Shown here: in pieces, positions 41,102 through 52,905 of the stretch | Numbering within the stretch: the stretch's first letter is position 1 | Layout of the letters: every line of letters begins with the position of its first letter | From: Obrimoposthia wandeli | Taxonomy: Eukaryota | Direction: 5' to 3' | Length of the DNA: 64,000 nt | NCBI GenBank assembly: GCA_977020255.1 | Contig: CDROCS010002432.1 | Coordinates: 1 to 64,000, forward strand | Made by a program: the position numbers and the translations under genes | Notes under the pieces: generated by a model | Seen by the model: the letters and a program-made list of their open reading frames with translations, nothing else | Told to the model about the DNA's origin: nothing | The model's database searches: none

Positions 41102-43663
41102 ATGACCCAGCCAACCAAAAAATTGCCCATCGAAGATATTAAAGCTGATGTCATTCTCGCACTAAAACAGCAGCAAACGTTATTGTTAACCGCGCCTCCT
41201 GGGGCTGGTAAATCAACCTGCTTACCGCTTTGGTTACTCGATTTACCTTGCCTGTCGGGTCAGAAAATATACTTATTGCAGCCTCGACGTTTAGCCGCAA
41301 AAAATATTGCCAGTTATCTATCAAAGCAATTGGGCGAACCGGTCGGTGAAACCGTGGGTTATCGATTACGTAATGAAAATAAAGTATCAAAAAATACCCG
41401 ATTAGAAGTGATCACGGAAGGCATTTTAACGCAAATAATTCAAAACGATGCTGAATTGTCTGGCTGTGGTTTAGTGGTGTTTGATGAGTTTCATGAGCGT
41501 TCGCTTAATGCCGATTTAGCTTTTGCCTTAACGCGCGATATTCAGCAAGGCTTAAGAGAAGATCTAAAAATTCTTTTGATGTCAGCGACCTTAGCGACTG
41601 AAGCAATAAATCAGCAATTACCTGATGCCATTGCGCTTGAAAGTAAAGGCCGCAGTTATCCGGTTGAAATTAGTTATCAAGCAGCGAGTAATACACGATT
41701 TTGGCGCGATCATGCGTTGTCTGTATTAAAGCCGCTAGTGAACGCTCATCAAGGATCGATATTAGTGTTTCTGCCTGGTACTGGTGATATTCGTTACTTA
41801 GCTGAGCAATTACAAACTGTTATGCCTGCGAGAATGACGTTGTGTCCGTTATATGGTGAGCTATCGTTGCAACAGCAACAACAAGCGATTGCGCCAACGC
41901 CGCAAGGGCAATATAAACTAGTACTGGCAACGAATATCGCAGAAACCAGCTTAACGATAGAAGGCGTTGATTTAGTTATTGATTCTGGTTTAGAAAATGT
42001 TGCTATATATGACGTACAAACACTCAATAACAAACTGACTCAGCGCGGTATTGCCAAAGCATCGGCCATTCAACGTGCCGGGCGAGCAGGGCGTTTACAA
42101 GCCGGACATTGTATTCGTTTATACAGTAAAGATGATTTCGAACGCAGAAACGAACAAAGTGGCAGTGAAATTCAACAAGCGGACTTACTTCCTATGTTGA
42201 TGGAAGTGGCAAGATGGGGAGCAAGTGGCTGCACGCAATTGCCAATGATTGAAATGCCCAATGCTAAAAGGGAAGCCTTAGCTTGGCAAGAACTCATCGA
42301 CTTAAGGTTAGTTTCGCAGCAGCACCAGTTAACAGCACAAGGCAAGCTCGCTGCCACTTTTCCTTGTCATCCGAGATTCGCTAAAATGTTGCTATCAGCA
42401 GCAGAGTTTGAAGAAAGTAAACAAGTTGAGCATTTGTTAACGTTGGCTTGTATATATGCCGCGTTATTAGAAGAGCGTGATATTTTTGGTGCTGAACAAC
42501 GCCAAGGCAATTGTGATATAACCCAGCGCGTTGGACAACTTTTACAACAAGCTAAAAGGCCACAGCACCAACGAATTATTCAACAAGCGCAGCGTTTGTT
42601 TCGTCTGGCGACGCAGCAAACTCAGCAGCCTAACCATACCGTAAAACGTTTCTGTAATAATGCGGCACAACTGCCATTACAGTGTAGCGGCTTATTACTT
42701 CTGCTTGCTTATCCTGAACGTTTAGCCAAACAAAGAGATCATCAAGGCAATTATTTAACCGCTTATGGTAAGGGTGTTGTTATGAATGATACCGACGCCT
42801 TGGCCGACAAAGAGTACATTGTGGCGGTGCAGTTTTTTCAGCGTCAGCAATCTTTAGCAATTGCCTTAGCCGCTGAAATTAGCTTATCCCAAGCACTCGC
42901 TTGGCAAGTGGTTGAATTGACAACGAACACGCACTTGCTGTTTGATAATAAACAAAATCGTATACGTTCTGCTGATCAACAAGTGATTGGCTCACTGGTG
43001 ATCAGTGAAGAAAATACGACGAAGACGTTAGCACCTGAGTTATTGATATCGTGTTGGTGCCAACACATTAGAAAGCGTGGTTTGAGCTGGCTTAAATTTG
43101 ATGAAAAAATACAGTCATTTTTGTTACGCTGGCGCTGGCTTAACCAAACACAAACGCATGTCGACTTTCCTGATGTTAGCGAAGCCCATTTACTTAATAA
43201 TTTAGAGCAATGGCTTGGCCCATATTTAACTGATATAACGAGTAAAGCGCAACTTGATAAGCTCAACTTTTCTGAGGTACTACTCGCACAATTAAGTTAT
43301 CAACAACAGCAATTATTTAACCAGTTAGCCCCCAGTTACTTTACCGGGCCTACAGGGCGAAAAGGTAAAATTCGCTACAGCATTGAGCAAGCCCCGATTG
43401 TTTCTTTACCTATGCAAGAGTTATACGGGGTTAGCGTCACGCCATCGGTGGGTGATAGTCAGCACAATAAGCAAGTCGCCTTGATTATTGAACTGTTGTC
43501 GCCAGCGCAGCGACCAATTCAAATAACACAAGATTTAGTCGCTTTTTGGCAAGGCAGTTATCGTGAGGTGCAAAAGGATATGAAAGCAAAATATCCCAAA
43601 CATTTTTGGCCTGATGACCCTGCAAATGCGCAAGCAACACGAAAAGTTAAACGACATTTATAA
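41102..43663 (+). CDS. hrpB: ATP-dependent RNA helicase HrpB
   Basis: APPGAGKST, DEFHER, MSAT, ATNIAETSLTIEG, QRAGRAGR, YPKHFWPDDP. Confidence 0.96.
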   Translation: MTQPTKKLPIEDIKADVILALKQQQTLLLTAPPGAGKSTCLPLWLLDLPCLSGQKIYLLQPRRLAAKNIASYLSKQLGEPVGETVGYRLRNENKVSKNTRLEVITEGILTQIIQNDAELSGCGLVVFDEFHERSLNADLAFALTRDIQQGLREDLKILLMSATLATEAINQQLPDAIALESKGRSYPVEISYQAASNTRFWRDHALSVLKPLVNAHQGSILVFLPGTGDIRYLAEQLQTVMPARMTLCPLYGELSLQQQQQAIAPTPQGQYKLVLATNIAETSLTIEGVDLVIDSGLENVAIYDVQTLNNKLTQRGIAKASAIQRAGRAGRLQAGHCIRLYSKDDFERRNEQSGSEIQQADLLPMLMEVARWGASGCTQLPMIEMPNAKREALAWQELIDLRLVSQQHQLTAQGKLAATFPCHPRFAKMLLSAAEFEESKQVEHLLTLACIYAALLEERDIFGAEQRQGNCDITQRVGQLLQQAKRPQHQRIIQQAQRLFRLATQQTQQPNHTVKRFCNNAAQLPLQCSGLLLLLAYPERLAKQRDHQGNYLTAYGKGVVMNDTDALADKEYIVAVQFFQRQQSLAIALAAEISLSQALAWQVVELTTNTHLLFDNKQNRIRSADQQVIGSLVISEENTTKTLAPELLISCWCQHIRKRGLSWLKFDEKIQSFLLRWRWLNQTQTHVDFPDVSEAHLLNNLEQWLGPYLTDITSKAQLDKLNFSEVLLAQLSYQQQQLFNQLAPSYFTGPTGRKGKIRYSIEQAPIVSLPMQELYGVSVTPSVGDSQHNKQVALIIELLSPAQRPIQITQDLVAFWQGSYREVQKDMKAKYPKHFWPDDPANAQATRKVKRHL

Positions 43664-43699
43664 GGTTTTTGTGGCTATCTATTTAGTGGTTAATAGTGA

Positions 43700-44455
43700 T
43701 TAATTTAACGCTAATGTGTACTTATCAAATATTTTTTGATATTCGCCACTGACTCTAAGTTGCTCGAGGCGCTCTACAAAAAGATCTCTGATATTTTTAT
43801 CTTTAAAAATAAAACCGTTAGGGCTGGCACCAAGGATCGAAAATAGATCAACGCTTGGGCTGGTATCGACTAAACCTGATTTATGAATTTTATTGCGATA
43901 AAATTTGAATATTTGTAAATCCATTTGTGCGACCTCAAAACGCTTTAAAAATAGCATTTTGACTTGTAATGCTTGATCATGCGTTTCAGTATAATTGGGG
44001 TTTTTAGAGACGAGTTCTTTGTAATGCTCACCCAAATGTTCTGTTGCTCCTTGCCAGCTTATCAAGCTGTGGCTACCAATATCATTTAAAGTCCTAAAGT
44101 TAAAGTTGTTTACCGACAAAGAAATTAAATAATTTTGATATTGGTAAGCTGGACCAGAAAAATAGCCATTTAGATTTTCAGCCATAATGGTATTACTGTT
44201 CATATCGCTTGCAACATCAACTAAGTCATTTTTATAGGAATTGATTCGTCTTGCGTAGGGAATGTATACGGGGATTATTTTATAGCCAAGGGGCTCCAAA
44301 GCCGAGGAAATTAATTCGACAACGATACCACTATTGGTTTCTGGAAAAACCCAAGGTGCTAAAGCGTTACCAAAGGCAACGGTTAATGTTTTCTCACCAT
44401 AGGCCGGGCTCACGATGAAAAAGAATACTGTAGAAATTAATATTTTTAGTTTCAT
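43700..44455 (-). CDS. Periplasmic solute-binding protein (family 3-like)
   Basis: Signal peptide, PWVFPETNSGIVVE, QVKMLFLKRFE, SGEYQKIFDKY; no adjacent permease. Confidence 0.75.
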   Translation of the reverse strand: MKLKILISTVFFFIVSPAYGEKTLTVAFGNALAPWVFPETNSGIVVELISSALEPLGYKIIPVYIPYARRINSYKNDLVDVASDMNSNTIMAENLNGYFSGPAYQYQNYLISLSVNNFNFRTLNDIGSHSLISWQGATEHLGEHYKELVSKNPNYTETHDQALQVKMLFLKRFEVAQMDLQIFKFYRNKIHKSGLVDTSPSVDLFSILGASPNGFIFKDKNIRDLFVERLEQLRVSGEYQKIFDKYTLALN

Positions 44456-44571
44456 AAAACTCAATATAAAAATATTTAGATACTTTAAAGTTATGTGCTA
44501 ATTGAAAAATATACAAACCTTAAGTCATAATAATTGACTGCTTATTGAAATGTTAGCGTTTATTTTTAATA

Positions 44572-45477
44572 TTAGCGGTTAATAGCAATAACTTTCATAG
44601 CCTGCGCAAGCACATTTTTATCGCCATCGAGCCAATGAATTTTTGTGCCGTTACGCTCTAAGCGACGTAGCCAAGTGTCTTGTTTTTTAGAGAATTGATG
44701 AATAGCCGAGTTAAGTTTCTGAAAACAGTCATTCTTCGTCAACTGGCCCTGTAAATGTTGTGCAATAAAGCGATACTCTAAGCCGTAAAAGTATAGTGTT
44801 TCCCAACTAACGCCTTGTGCGTGTAACTGTTCTACTTCCTCAATTAGCCCTTGTTCCATTCGCACTTTTAAACGTTCTGTTATGCGTTGACGAATAATTT
44901 CTCTTGGCCATTTTATGGCAAATACTAGCGGTTTTAGCGCTGGGAAGTCATTGATTTGGTCGTGCGCGTCTTGTTCGCCTTGGGCAATTTCTATCGCTCG
45001 TACTAAACGGTCACGTTCGATAAGATCGGTTGTGTTATGCAGATTTGGTTTAAGTTGTATTAATTTTTGCGTTAATTGTTCATGACTCAAAGTGGCTAAA
45101 GATGCACGTAGTTCAGTATTTTCAGGTACTTCGATTAATCGATAGCCTTTCAATATTGAGTCGACATAAAGTGCAGAGCCACCGGCCATAATAGCGAGCT
45201 TGTTTTGTTGGCTGATTCTTTCATAGGCGTCAATAACATGTTGCTGAAAGTCAAAAATATTATATTCATAGCCCGGATCAACAATATCAATTAAGTGATG
45301 CTTTATGTTTTGATATTCATCGAGGTCTTTACCGCTGCCAATATCTAAGCCACGATAGACTTGTCTAGAATCGGCTGAGATGATTTCGCCATTGAGCATT
45401 TGGGCCAATTCCACCGCTAGTTTAGTTTTTCCTGACGCTGTTGAACCCAGTACAACGAGCATATTAAATGCAGACAT
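44572..45477 (-). CDS. miaA: tRNA dimethylallyltransferase-like protein (MiaA paralog type)
   Basis: GSTASGKT P-loop, ISADSRQVYRGLDIGSGKD, GLEY, KKQDTW. Confidence 0.85.
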   Translation of the reverse strand: MSAFNMLVVLGSTASGKTKLAVELAQMLNGEIISADSRQVYRGLDIGSGKDLDEYQNIKHHLIDIVDPGYEYNIFDFQQHVIDAYERISQQNKLAIMAGGSALYVDSILKGYRLIEVPENTELRASLATLSHEQLTQKLIQLKPNLHNTTDLIERDRLVRAIEIAQGEQDAHDQINDFPALKPLVFAIKWPREIIRQRITERLKVRMEQGLIEEVEQLHAQGVSWETLYFYGLEYRFIAQHLQGQLTKNDCFQKLNSAIHQFSKKQDTWLRRLERNGTKIHWLDGDKNVLAQAMKVIAINR

Positions 45478-45668
45478 GGTTAACCTATAGATATTGTGAA
45501 AAAATAAAGTCTGAATTATACCAAAGAGATTAATTGTATTGTACAACTTAGCGCAATTGTCGTTAACTTAGGCCGCTAACTTAGGTCAAGAATGATCATT
45601 AGTGATATAGTGTTAGCTAGATTATTATAACGACCTGCTCGCATAACTTAGAGGCATTTTACCTAACA

Positions 45669-48068
45669 ATGACGGCAAAAAAAACTTCTCAAACAACCGC
45701 TAAAAAATCCAATAGCGCTAAATCAAAAACCGATAAAGCAACTAAATCAAACAAGGCCGCTAAAGCAAATTCGCCTGTCGATCATAGTCGTGACAGCAAG
45801 GTGAAAAGAACGACCCGTTGGTTGTTTTGGTTGATGGTAAAAATGACCGTTCTCGTACTTTTTGTCTTGTTTGTTTATAGCATTTATCTTGATGGAAAGG
45901 TGCGTGATAAGTTTGAAGGCCAACGTTGGCAGGTGCCTGTACAAGTGTTTGGTACTGTTGAGGAGTATCGTCTAGGTAGTAAGTTAACGATCGCTAACTT
46001 AAAGCAGGGCTTGATAGCCAATCGCTACAAAAAAGTCACGAATGTGCAACGCCCAGGCGAATTCGCTTTGTCAAAAAATCGCGCTATTATCTATCGTCGA
46101 GCCTTTGATTTTGGTGGTGGTATTGAGGCTGCGCAACAACTGACTATAGATATTAGTAACAATAAAGTTAAGGCGTTATACCAAAATGAACAACGTGTTG
46201 AGCAACTGCGTTTAGAGCCATTGTTGTTGGATAGAATTTTACCCGAAAGCAAAGAAGATCGGGTCTTAGTGTCATTACAAGCCGTACCTGAGAAACTATT
46301 AGACACCTTATTGCTAGTGGAAGATAGAGAGTTTTATTTTCATTATGGGGTTTCACCTTTAGGTATTTTGCGAGCACTGTATCAGAACTTGCTAGCAGGG
46401 CGAACGGTGCAAGGGGGCAGCACGTTAACACAACAGCTAGTTAAAAATATGTTTTTAACGCGTGATAAAACCCTATGGCGAAAAGCTAATGAAGCCATCA
46501 TGGCACTGATTTTGGAATATCGTTATAGCAAAGATCAGTTATTAGAAGCTTATATCAATGAAGTTTACTTAGGCCAACATTATGCGAATGGTATTTATGG
46601 CTTTGGTTTAGCCGCAGAGTTTTATTTTGGTAAGTCAGTACAGTCGCTTAATTCGGAACAAATGGCAATGTTGGTTGGTCAGGTAAAAGGACCAAGTTAT
46701 TACGACCCTTGGCGCTTTCCAGAGCGCACCGTTGAACGAAGAGATTTAGTCTTACGTTTAATGTATCAACAAGAAATTATTTCTCAACGTGAGTTTGAGC
46801 AAGCTGTAGAGTCACCATTATCAATTAGAAAGAAACGTCGCTTAAGACAACAGAAATTTCCTGCTTACTTGCAATTAGTTAAAGCTGAGTTATCACGACA
46901 CTTGTCTGAATATCAGCAGCAATCTGGCGTAAGAGTCTTTACGGGTTTTTCAATTAATCAGCAAATGGCGCTACAAAAGAGTGTTGACGAACAGCTACCT
47001 GGCCTAGAAAAAAAGTCAGGATCTGAATTGCAAATAGCCATGGTAGTCACTGATTTTAAATCTGGCGAAGTTCGCGCTTTAGTGGGGGGTAAAGAAGCTG
47101 GTTATGCTGGCTTTAACCGAACATTGCATGCACAGCGGCCTATTGGTTCTTTAATTAAACCAGCGGTTTATCTTGGTGCCTTAGAGCGTTATCAGCGTTT
47201 TAATTTAGCGAGTTTGATTGATGATAAAGCCATTACGCTGTCGAGTGAAGATGGCCGAGCATGGCGACCAAAAAATTATGATGGTAAGTATCGTGGCCAA
47301 GTACATTTAATTGATGCTTTAGTGTCCAGTTTGAATGTGCCAACCGTAAATTTAGGCATGAAGCTAGGCTTAGATAATGTTGCTCAAGCTATTCATTTGT
47401 TAGGTTATCAAGATGATATTGTGACTCGGCCTTCAATGTTGCTTGGCTCATTAAACATGTCACCAATGGAAATAAATCAACTTTATATTCCTATTGCTAA
47501 CCAAGGTGTGGCTGAAAAATCTCATGCGATTGAACGTATTGTCAGTGCTCGTGGTGAAACGCTATGGCAATTTAAAGCCTTAGAGCAACAAGTAATTTCA
47601 ACACAAGCGGCTTACTTACTCGACTATGCTTTAAATAAAGTGACAGTGTCAGGCACGGCACGTTCATTGACATGGCGAGTTAAAGACAAACGTTTAGCAG
47701 GTAAAACAGGTACTACCAATGACCTAAGAGACAGTTGGTTTGTGGGGTATGACAATGAGCTTTTGGTCACTACTTGGTTAGGTCGAGATGACAACAAGCC
47801 CACTAAGCTAACCGGTAGCAGCGGCGCGCTCGTATTGTTTGCTGACTTTATGAATAAAGTGGATGCACAAAGTCGTCATGTGAACACCCCTGCGAGTGTC
47901 GAATTAGTACGTTTTGATAATAAAAGTGGCCATGCGGTCGAGCAAGCCTGCGATAACTCACAGTTATTGCCGGCGGTAACTACTGGCTTAATTTATGAAA
48001 CGCAATGCGAAAGAGATCCTGAACAGTTAAAGAAAAAGTCTTGGTTTGAAACATTATTTGGTGAATAA
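45669..48068 (+). CDS. mrcB: Penicillin-binding protein 1B
   Basis: Lys-rich N-terminus, TM, UB2H, EDREF / QGGSTLTQQLVKN glycosyltransferase, SLIK / SLN / KTG transpeptidase motifs. Confidence 0.96.
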   Translation: MTAKKTSQTTAKKSNSAKSKTDKATKSNKAAKANSPVDHSRDSKVKRTTRWLFWLMVKMTVLVLFVLFVYSIYLDGKVRDKFEGQRWQVPVQVFGTVEEYRLGSKLTIANLKQGLIANRYKKVTNVQRPGEFALSKNRAIIYRRAFDFGGGIEAAQQLTIDISNNKVKALYQNEQRVEQLRLEPLLLDRILPESKEDRVLVSLQAVPEKLLDTLLLVEDREFYFHYGVSPLGILRALYQNLLAGRTVQGGSTLTQQLVKNMFLTRDKTLWRKANEAIMALILEYRYSKDQLLEAYINEVYLGQHYANGIYGFGLAAEFYFGKSVQSLNSEQMAMLVGQVKGPSYYDPWRFPERTVERRDLVLRLMYQQEIISQREFEQAVESPLSIRKKRRLRQQKFPAYLQLVKAELSRHLSEYQQQSGVRVFTGFSINQQMALQKSVDEQLPGLEKKSGSELQIAMVVTDFKSGEVRALVGGKEAGYAGFNRTLHAQRPIGSLIKPAVYLGALERYQRFNLASLIDDKAITLSSEDGRAWRPKNYDGKYRGQVHLIDALVSSLNVPTVNLGMKLGLDNVAQAIHLLGYQDDIVTRPSMLLGSLNMSPMEINQLYIPIANQGVAEKSHAIERIVSARGETLWQFKALEQQVISTQAAYLLDYALNKVTVSGTARSLTWRVKDKRLAGKTGTTNDLRDSWFVGYDNELLVTTWLGRDDNKPTKLTGSSGALVLFADFMNKVDAQSRHVNTPASVELVRFDNKSGHAVEQACDNSQLLPAVTTGLIYETQCERDPEQLKKKSWFETLFGE

Positions 48069-48339
48069 CATGACCAGAATTAAAGGCAATAGCTTAAGGT
48101 CGAGGTGTAATTAATTGGTATTAGCTAAAATGTTAAAAACTCTTTCTGTGGGGGCTTAATTGAGCCCTTGCCGAGCTATGCTTTTGCAGTTATCTATTAT
48201 TTATTACAAGATGTCGCTACGTTAGATGTTGTTAAGTGATAATCGAATAACGAAGTCAATCATCAATTGAATCAACCATTGAGTGAGCTATTAAATAATC
48301 AAATAGTAGTTAAGTGGCTAAAAGCAGCAAAAAACGTGT

Positions 48340-48369
48340 AAAAAAAGCAAACCCGTTGGTTTGCTTTTT
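48340..48369. terminator. Bidirectional terminator
   Basis: AAAAAAGCAAACC-CGTT-GGTTTGCTTTTT. Confidence 0.8.
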
Positions 48370-48460
48370 CATGTTGTTAATATGGTTTATATCACGAGTT
48401 TGACAATACCTTTACGAAATAAACTCAGTATTGAGTTACTGTAATACTAACGTTTACGGT

Positions 48461-49033
48461 TTACTCTATGTATTCAAAAATCTTAAATACGCGACTAACA
48501 CCACTGACATTACGGGCAATATCTACGGCAATAGCGGCTTGTGCTTTACTGACTAGCCCCATTAAGAATACTTCGCCATTTTCAGTAACCACTTTAATAT
48601 TGGTTGCATCCAATTCTTCCGTACCAAATAAAGCCGTTTTGACTTTTGAGGTTAACCAAACATCGTTGGTTTTAGTGGTGAAAGACGTTGTGTTACTAAC
48701 ACGAATTTGATTATGTAGCTGAGTAATACCGTTAACCAGGTTAATCGCTTTTATCGCTTGGTCACGTAAGTAACTATTTGGCGCTTGTCCAACAACTAAA
48801 ACACTGCCGTTAACACTAATGACATGTAAGTTGGTGTTATCATCTAATGCCTTACTTTTAGCAATATTGGCATGAGCGTCAAGCTCGATTTTTTGATCGT
48901 CTATTTGATTGCCCAAAGAGCGATTGTCGGCTGCTACGCTTGCTCCGCCAACAACACCAACGACAGCAGCTGCAACGCAGCCTTGTAATAATGCTGCAAA
49001 GGTTATTGTAACGATAATGGATTTTACTGACAT
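48461..49033 (-). CDS. dolP: Dual-BON lipoprotein DolP/YraP
   Basis: Lipobox LQGC, two BON domains (VLVVGQ; NIKVVTENGEVFLMG). Confidence 0.9.
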   Translation of the reverse strand: MSVKSIIVTITFAALLQGCVAAAVVGVVGGASVAADNRSLGNQIDDQKIELDAHANIAKSKALDDNTNLHVISVNGSVLVVGQAPNSYLRDQAIKAINLVNGITQLHNQIRVSNTTSFTTKTNDVWLTSKVKTALFGTEELDATNIKVVTENGEVFLMGLVSKAQAAIAVDIARNVSGVSRVFKIFEYIE

Positions 49034-49034
49034 G

Positions 49035-49646
<612 letters not shown>

Positions 49647-49681
49647 TTATTTCTTAAAAGGCGTTGGTTAAAAGGTACCGG

Positions 49682-50056
49682 TTAAAAGGCATTCTTAAGC
49701 CAAGTAATTTCTGGGTTATTTATATTGCCTTGCATGGCGATGACATCGAATCGGCAAGGGGTATTATATTCATTTAATTGTGCTTGTTGCAGATAAAAAG
49801 CGGCACATTGTTTAATTTTTTGCTGTTTCTTTACTGAAATGGCAGCTAAAGCGCCACCAAAGTGTTTATTTTTACGATATTTTACTTCGACAAACACCCA
49901 AGTGTCATTTTCAGTCATGATTAAATCAATTTCACCGCGGCGATTTTGAAAGTTGCATGTCTGTAATACTAAACCTTGTTGAGTTAAATAGCGGGCAGCT
50001 AGTTGCTCACTATTTTTACCCGTGGTGACGGTGTTGTCTTTTTTAGTCCATAGCAA
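49682..50056 (-). CDS. yraN: YraN family putative endonuclease
   Basis: GEIDLIM, VFVEVKYR, CRFDVI. Confidence 0.92.
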   Translation of the reverse strand: MLWTKKDNTVTTGKNSEQLAARYLTQQGLVLQTCNFQNRRGEIDLIMTENDTWVFVEVKYRKNKHFGGALAAISVKKQQKIKQCAAFYLQQAQLNEYNTPCRFDVIAMQGNINNPEITWLKNAF

Positions 50057-51920
50057 TTTCTTGTACCTTGCTGCGGCTGTACTTGCCCCAAATTAGGCTA
50101 CGCTTCAAAATATTATCATCGCCTAATTGTAGTACGCCTGTTTGACCATAATGTCGAACATAAGTTTTATGCTGCATAGCAGATATTTTATCAACTAAGG
50201 CTAAGCTATCAAACCCCATGGCAAAAATAGTTTGTAAGCTGTCGCTACGATTTGGCCAAAGTTTTTTCGCCTGTGTAGCTAAGGTTTTATTTTGTTGCTT
50301 ACTTTTTAACTGCCAAGGTATTTCAGTAAATATTAAACCCGACAAATCTCGGTTGTCACTTTTATCGGCTTTAGAGCTATGACTACGTGAACTGGCATAA
50401 ACGGGAATAATGTCTGCAAACGGGCTGATATTAACATCGATATAAGGCTTTAGAAGTTTAGTTTCTAGTGGTAAACCAACCACGTAGATCATATCGATAT
50501 CTCGACGGTTACGAAGTTCGCTTTTAATCGAGTACTTAATATGACGATTAAGATCTCTGGTTCGTTGCTGACTTAAGTCGACACCAAGGCTAGCCTTAAG
50601 TTGGTCTTGCATCTTAGCATCGCTATTAAAAAGTACAATCTCAGGTGCTTGGCCCGTTATGTGCTCCCATTGTTGGCTAAATGTTTGTGCAATTCGGCGG
50701 CTAGCGTTGTCTTGGTGGCTCAATATTATTGGATATCGGTAATCTTGGCGACTCAATGTTGTTGCCGCTTGAATTGCTTCGTCTTCAGGTCGCATTGATA
50801 ATGCAACTTGATGAGGTAATAAGCTATTTACCGTGGGAAGATTTAATAACAATGTTGGGGTTTTTATTTCGCTCTGAGCTAAGTAACTGGTTACATTGTC
50901 TTTTAATAAAGGACCTATAACATAGTCAATATTGAGCTCGGTGAGTTTTGCCTGTAACGTGGTCATATCTAACGTGGTTGAATCAATAAAATGTAGGGTT
51001 TTACCACTGTTGATATTATAAGCGGCTAATATACCTTGTTGGGCAACTTTACCTGCGCGCTCTTGCTTGCCAGAAAGCGGAATAATGACCGCAATATTTT
51101 GATATTCGTTACTTAAATTTGGCTGTTGTTGTTTTAAATTTTCAACAATATATTGCGCTGGATGGGTGCTAAATTCTCGTTGCCATTGATTTAAGTAGCG
51201 TTTGAACCTGCTATCGTCATCACCAAATTTATTGGCAAAGCTGAGTAATTTACTCCAGCCTTTAATGTTTGGCGCTGACATTTTTTTTAATTGCTGATGT
51301 TGCCACGGAGACAACTGACAAAGCTGCTGCCAAATTATGTCAATGTCGTTGTCACTTGCTTGTGGATTATTAGCAAAAGCTCTTAAACTTGCATCAAGTG
51401 CAACAATGGGAAGATTTCTTTGTGTTTGTACTTGCGCGAGTGTTTGATAATAAGCAACACTGTGCTTAAATTCAGCTTGTTCTTTAATACTATTAGCATT
51501 TTCTAGTGCTTGATACGCTTTAGGTATGTCGGCTAAAGCCAAAAAGCTTTTCGCCACAACCAGTGCTAAGCGATATTGTTGCTTTGCTGAAGGGGCTAAT
51601 ACGTTAAGTTGTTTCGCTAGCCATAACGCTTTGTGTGGTTTAGCTTCAACTAAATATAACTCACTCGCGTCTAATAACGAGGTAACCGCTTCGTCATTGC
51701 CCAAGGTCGATGCTTGTGATGCTGCTTGTGCGACAAGTTGCTCTGCGCTTATATTAGTTTCAATCTCTTTAACCACAACCGGTTTTGTTGTCGTTTTTTT
51801 TGCTGGCTTATTTTGTGTAGTTGTTGCGCAACTTGTCAAAATAGCGACCGTTGCTAGCGCACATAAGCCACTTTTATGAGATGAAAACCATTTAGTGAGT
51901 GTCAAAGTTAATAAATCCAT
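50043..51920 (-). CDS. lpoA: PBP1A activator LpoA
   Basis: Lipobox LTSC, TPR-like N-region, IAVIIPLSG, VIGPLLK, AMGFDS, GQTGVL. Confidence 0.9.
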   Translation of the reverse strand: MDLLTLTLTKWFSSHKSGLCALATVAILTSCATTTQNKPAKKTTTKPVVVKEIETNISAEQLVAQAASQASTLGNDEAVTSLLDASELYLVEAKPHKALWLAKQLNVLAPSAKQQYRLALVVAKSFLALADIPKAYQALENANSIKEQAEFKHSVAYYQTLAQVQTQRNLPIVALDASLRAFANNPQASDNDIDIIWQQLCQLSPWQHQQLKKMSAPNIKGWSKLLSFANKFGDDDSRFKRYLNQWQREFSTHPAQYIVENLKQQQPNLSNEYQNIAVIIPLSGKQERAGKVAQQGILAAYNINSGKTLHFIDSTTLDMTTLQAKLTELNIDYVIGPLLKDNVTSYLAQSEIKTPTLLLNLPTVNSLLPHQVALSMRPEDEAIQAATTLSRQDYRYPIILSHQDNASRRIAQTFSQQWEHITGQAPEIVLFNSDAKMQDQLKASLGVDLSQQRTRDLNRHIKYSIKSELRNRRDIDMIYVVGLPLETKLLKPYIDVNISPFADIIPVYASSRSHSSKADKSDNRDLSGLIFTEIPWQLKSKQQNKTLATQAKKLWPNRSDSLQTIFAMGFDSLALVDKISAMQHKTYVRHYGQTGVLQLGDDNILKRSLIWGKYSRSKVQEIAMD

Positions 51921-51982
51921 ACTTTTTAATAGTGCTTTATAATAAACTTCATCCTCTTCAGTCTCAACACAAGTATTTTATA

Positions 51983-52834
51983 ATGTCGGATTTTCAAATT
52001 CAGCCTAGCACCTTATATATTGTTGCCACCCCGATTGGTAATCTCGGTGATCTTAGCCAGCGGGCACGAGATATACTCGAACAGGTCGATATTATTGCCT
52101 GTGAAGACACTCGTCATACACAACGTTTGTTATCCGCTTATTCGATAAAAAATAAAACCATGTCGATGCATGATCATAATGAGCGTCAGCGCCAAGAACA
52201 AATTGCAACCTTGTTGAAAGAGGGCAAAAGCATCGCCTTAGTGTCAGATGCCGGAACGCCTCTAATTAGTGACCCAGGCTTTCACTTAGTACGTCATTGT
52301 CGTCAACAAGGGCTTGATGTATCACCCATTCCCGGCGCTTGTGCCGCTATTGCCGCTCTTTCTGTCGCTGGCTTGCCAACGGATCGCTTTACTTTTGAAG
52401 GTTTTTTACCTTCAAAATCAGGGGCACGACAGTCAACATTGAACGAATTAGCCAATGAGCCGCGTACTATGGTGTTTTATGATGCACCGCGCCGCGCTAT
52501 TGATACCGTTGAAGATATTGTTAAAACCCTGGGCGGTGAGCGTTATGTTGTCATGGCGCGTGAATTAACGAAAACTTTTGAAACGATTCATTCTGATACG
52601 GCTGATAATTTATTAACTTTTCTACAGGCGGATCCAAATCAGCTGAAAGGTGAAATGGTGCTGATCATTGAAGGCAAAAAAGTTGACCCTAATGATATTC
52701 CTGCACATGTTGTAGCAACATTGAAGTTACTATTAACCGAAATGAAACCTAAAAGAGCTTGTGCTATAGCCGCAGAAATTCATGGCGTGAAGAAAAATGC
52801 ACTCTATGACTATGCGCTTGCCATGAAAGAATAA
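51983..52834 (+). CDS. rsmI: 16S rRNA C1402 2'-O-methyltransferase
   Basis: LYIVATPIGNL, EDTRHT, VSDAGTPLISDPG, RELTKTFE. Confidence 0.96.
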   Translation: MSDFQIQPSTLYIVATPIGNLGDLSQRARDILEQVDIIACEDTRHTQRLLSAYSIKNKTMSMHDHNERQRQEQIATLLKEGKSIALVSDAGTPLISDPGFHLVRHCRQQGLDVSPIPGACAAIAALSVAGLPTDRFTFEGFLPSKSGARQSTLNELANEPRTMVFYDAPRRAIDTVEDIVKTLGGERYVVMARELTKTFETIHSDTADNLLTFLQADPNQLKGEMVLIIEGKKVDPNDIPAHVVATLKLLLTEMKPKRACAIAAEIHGVKKNALYDYALAMKE

Positions 52835-52905
52835 AGCTCTGGTGATGAGAGCAGCGTGCTCTTGTTATAAAAAATAGAGTGCTCTAATTGTAACTACATA
52901 GTGTT

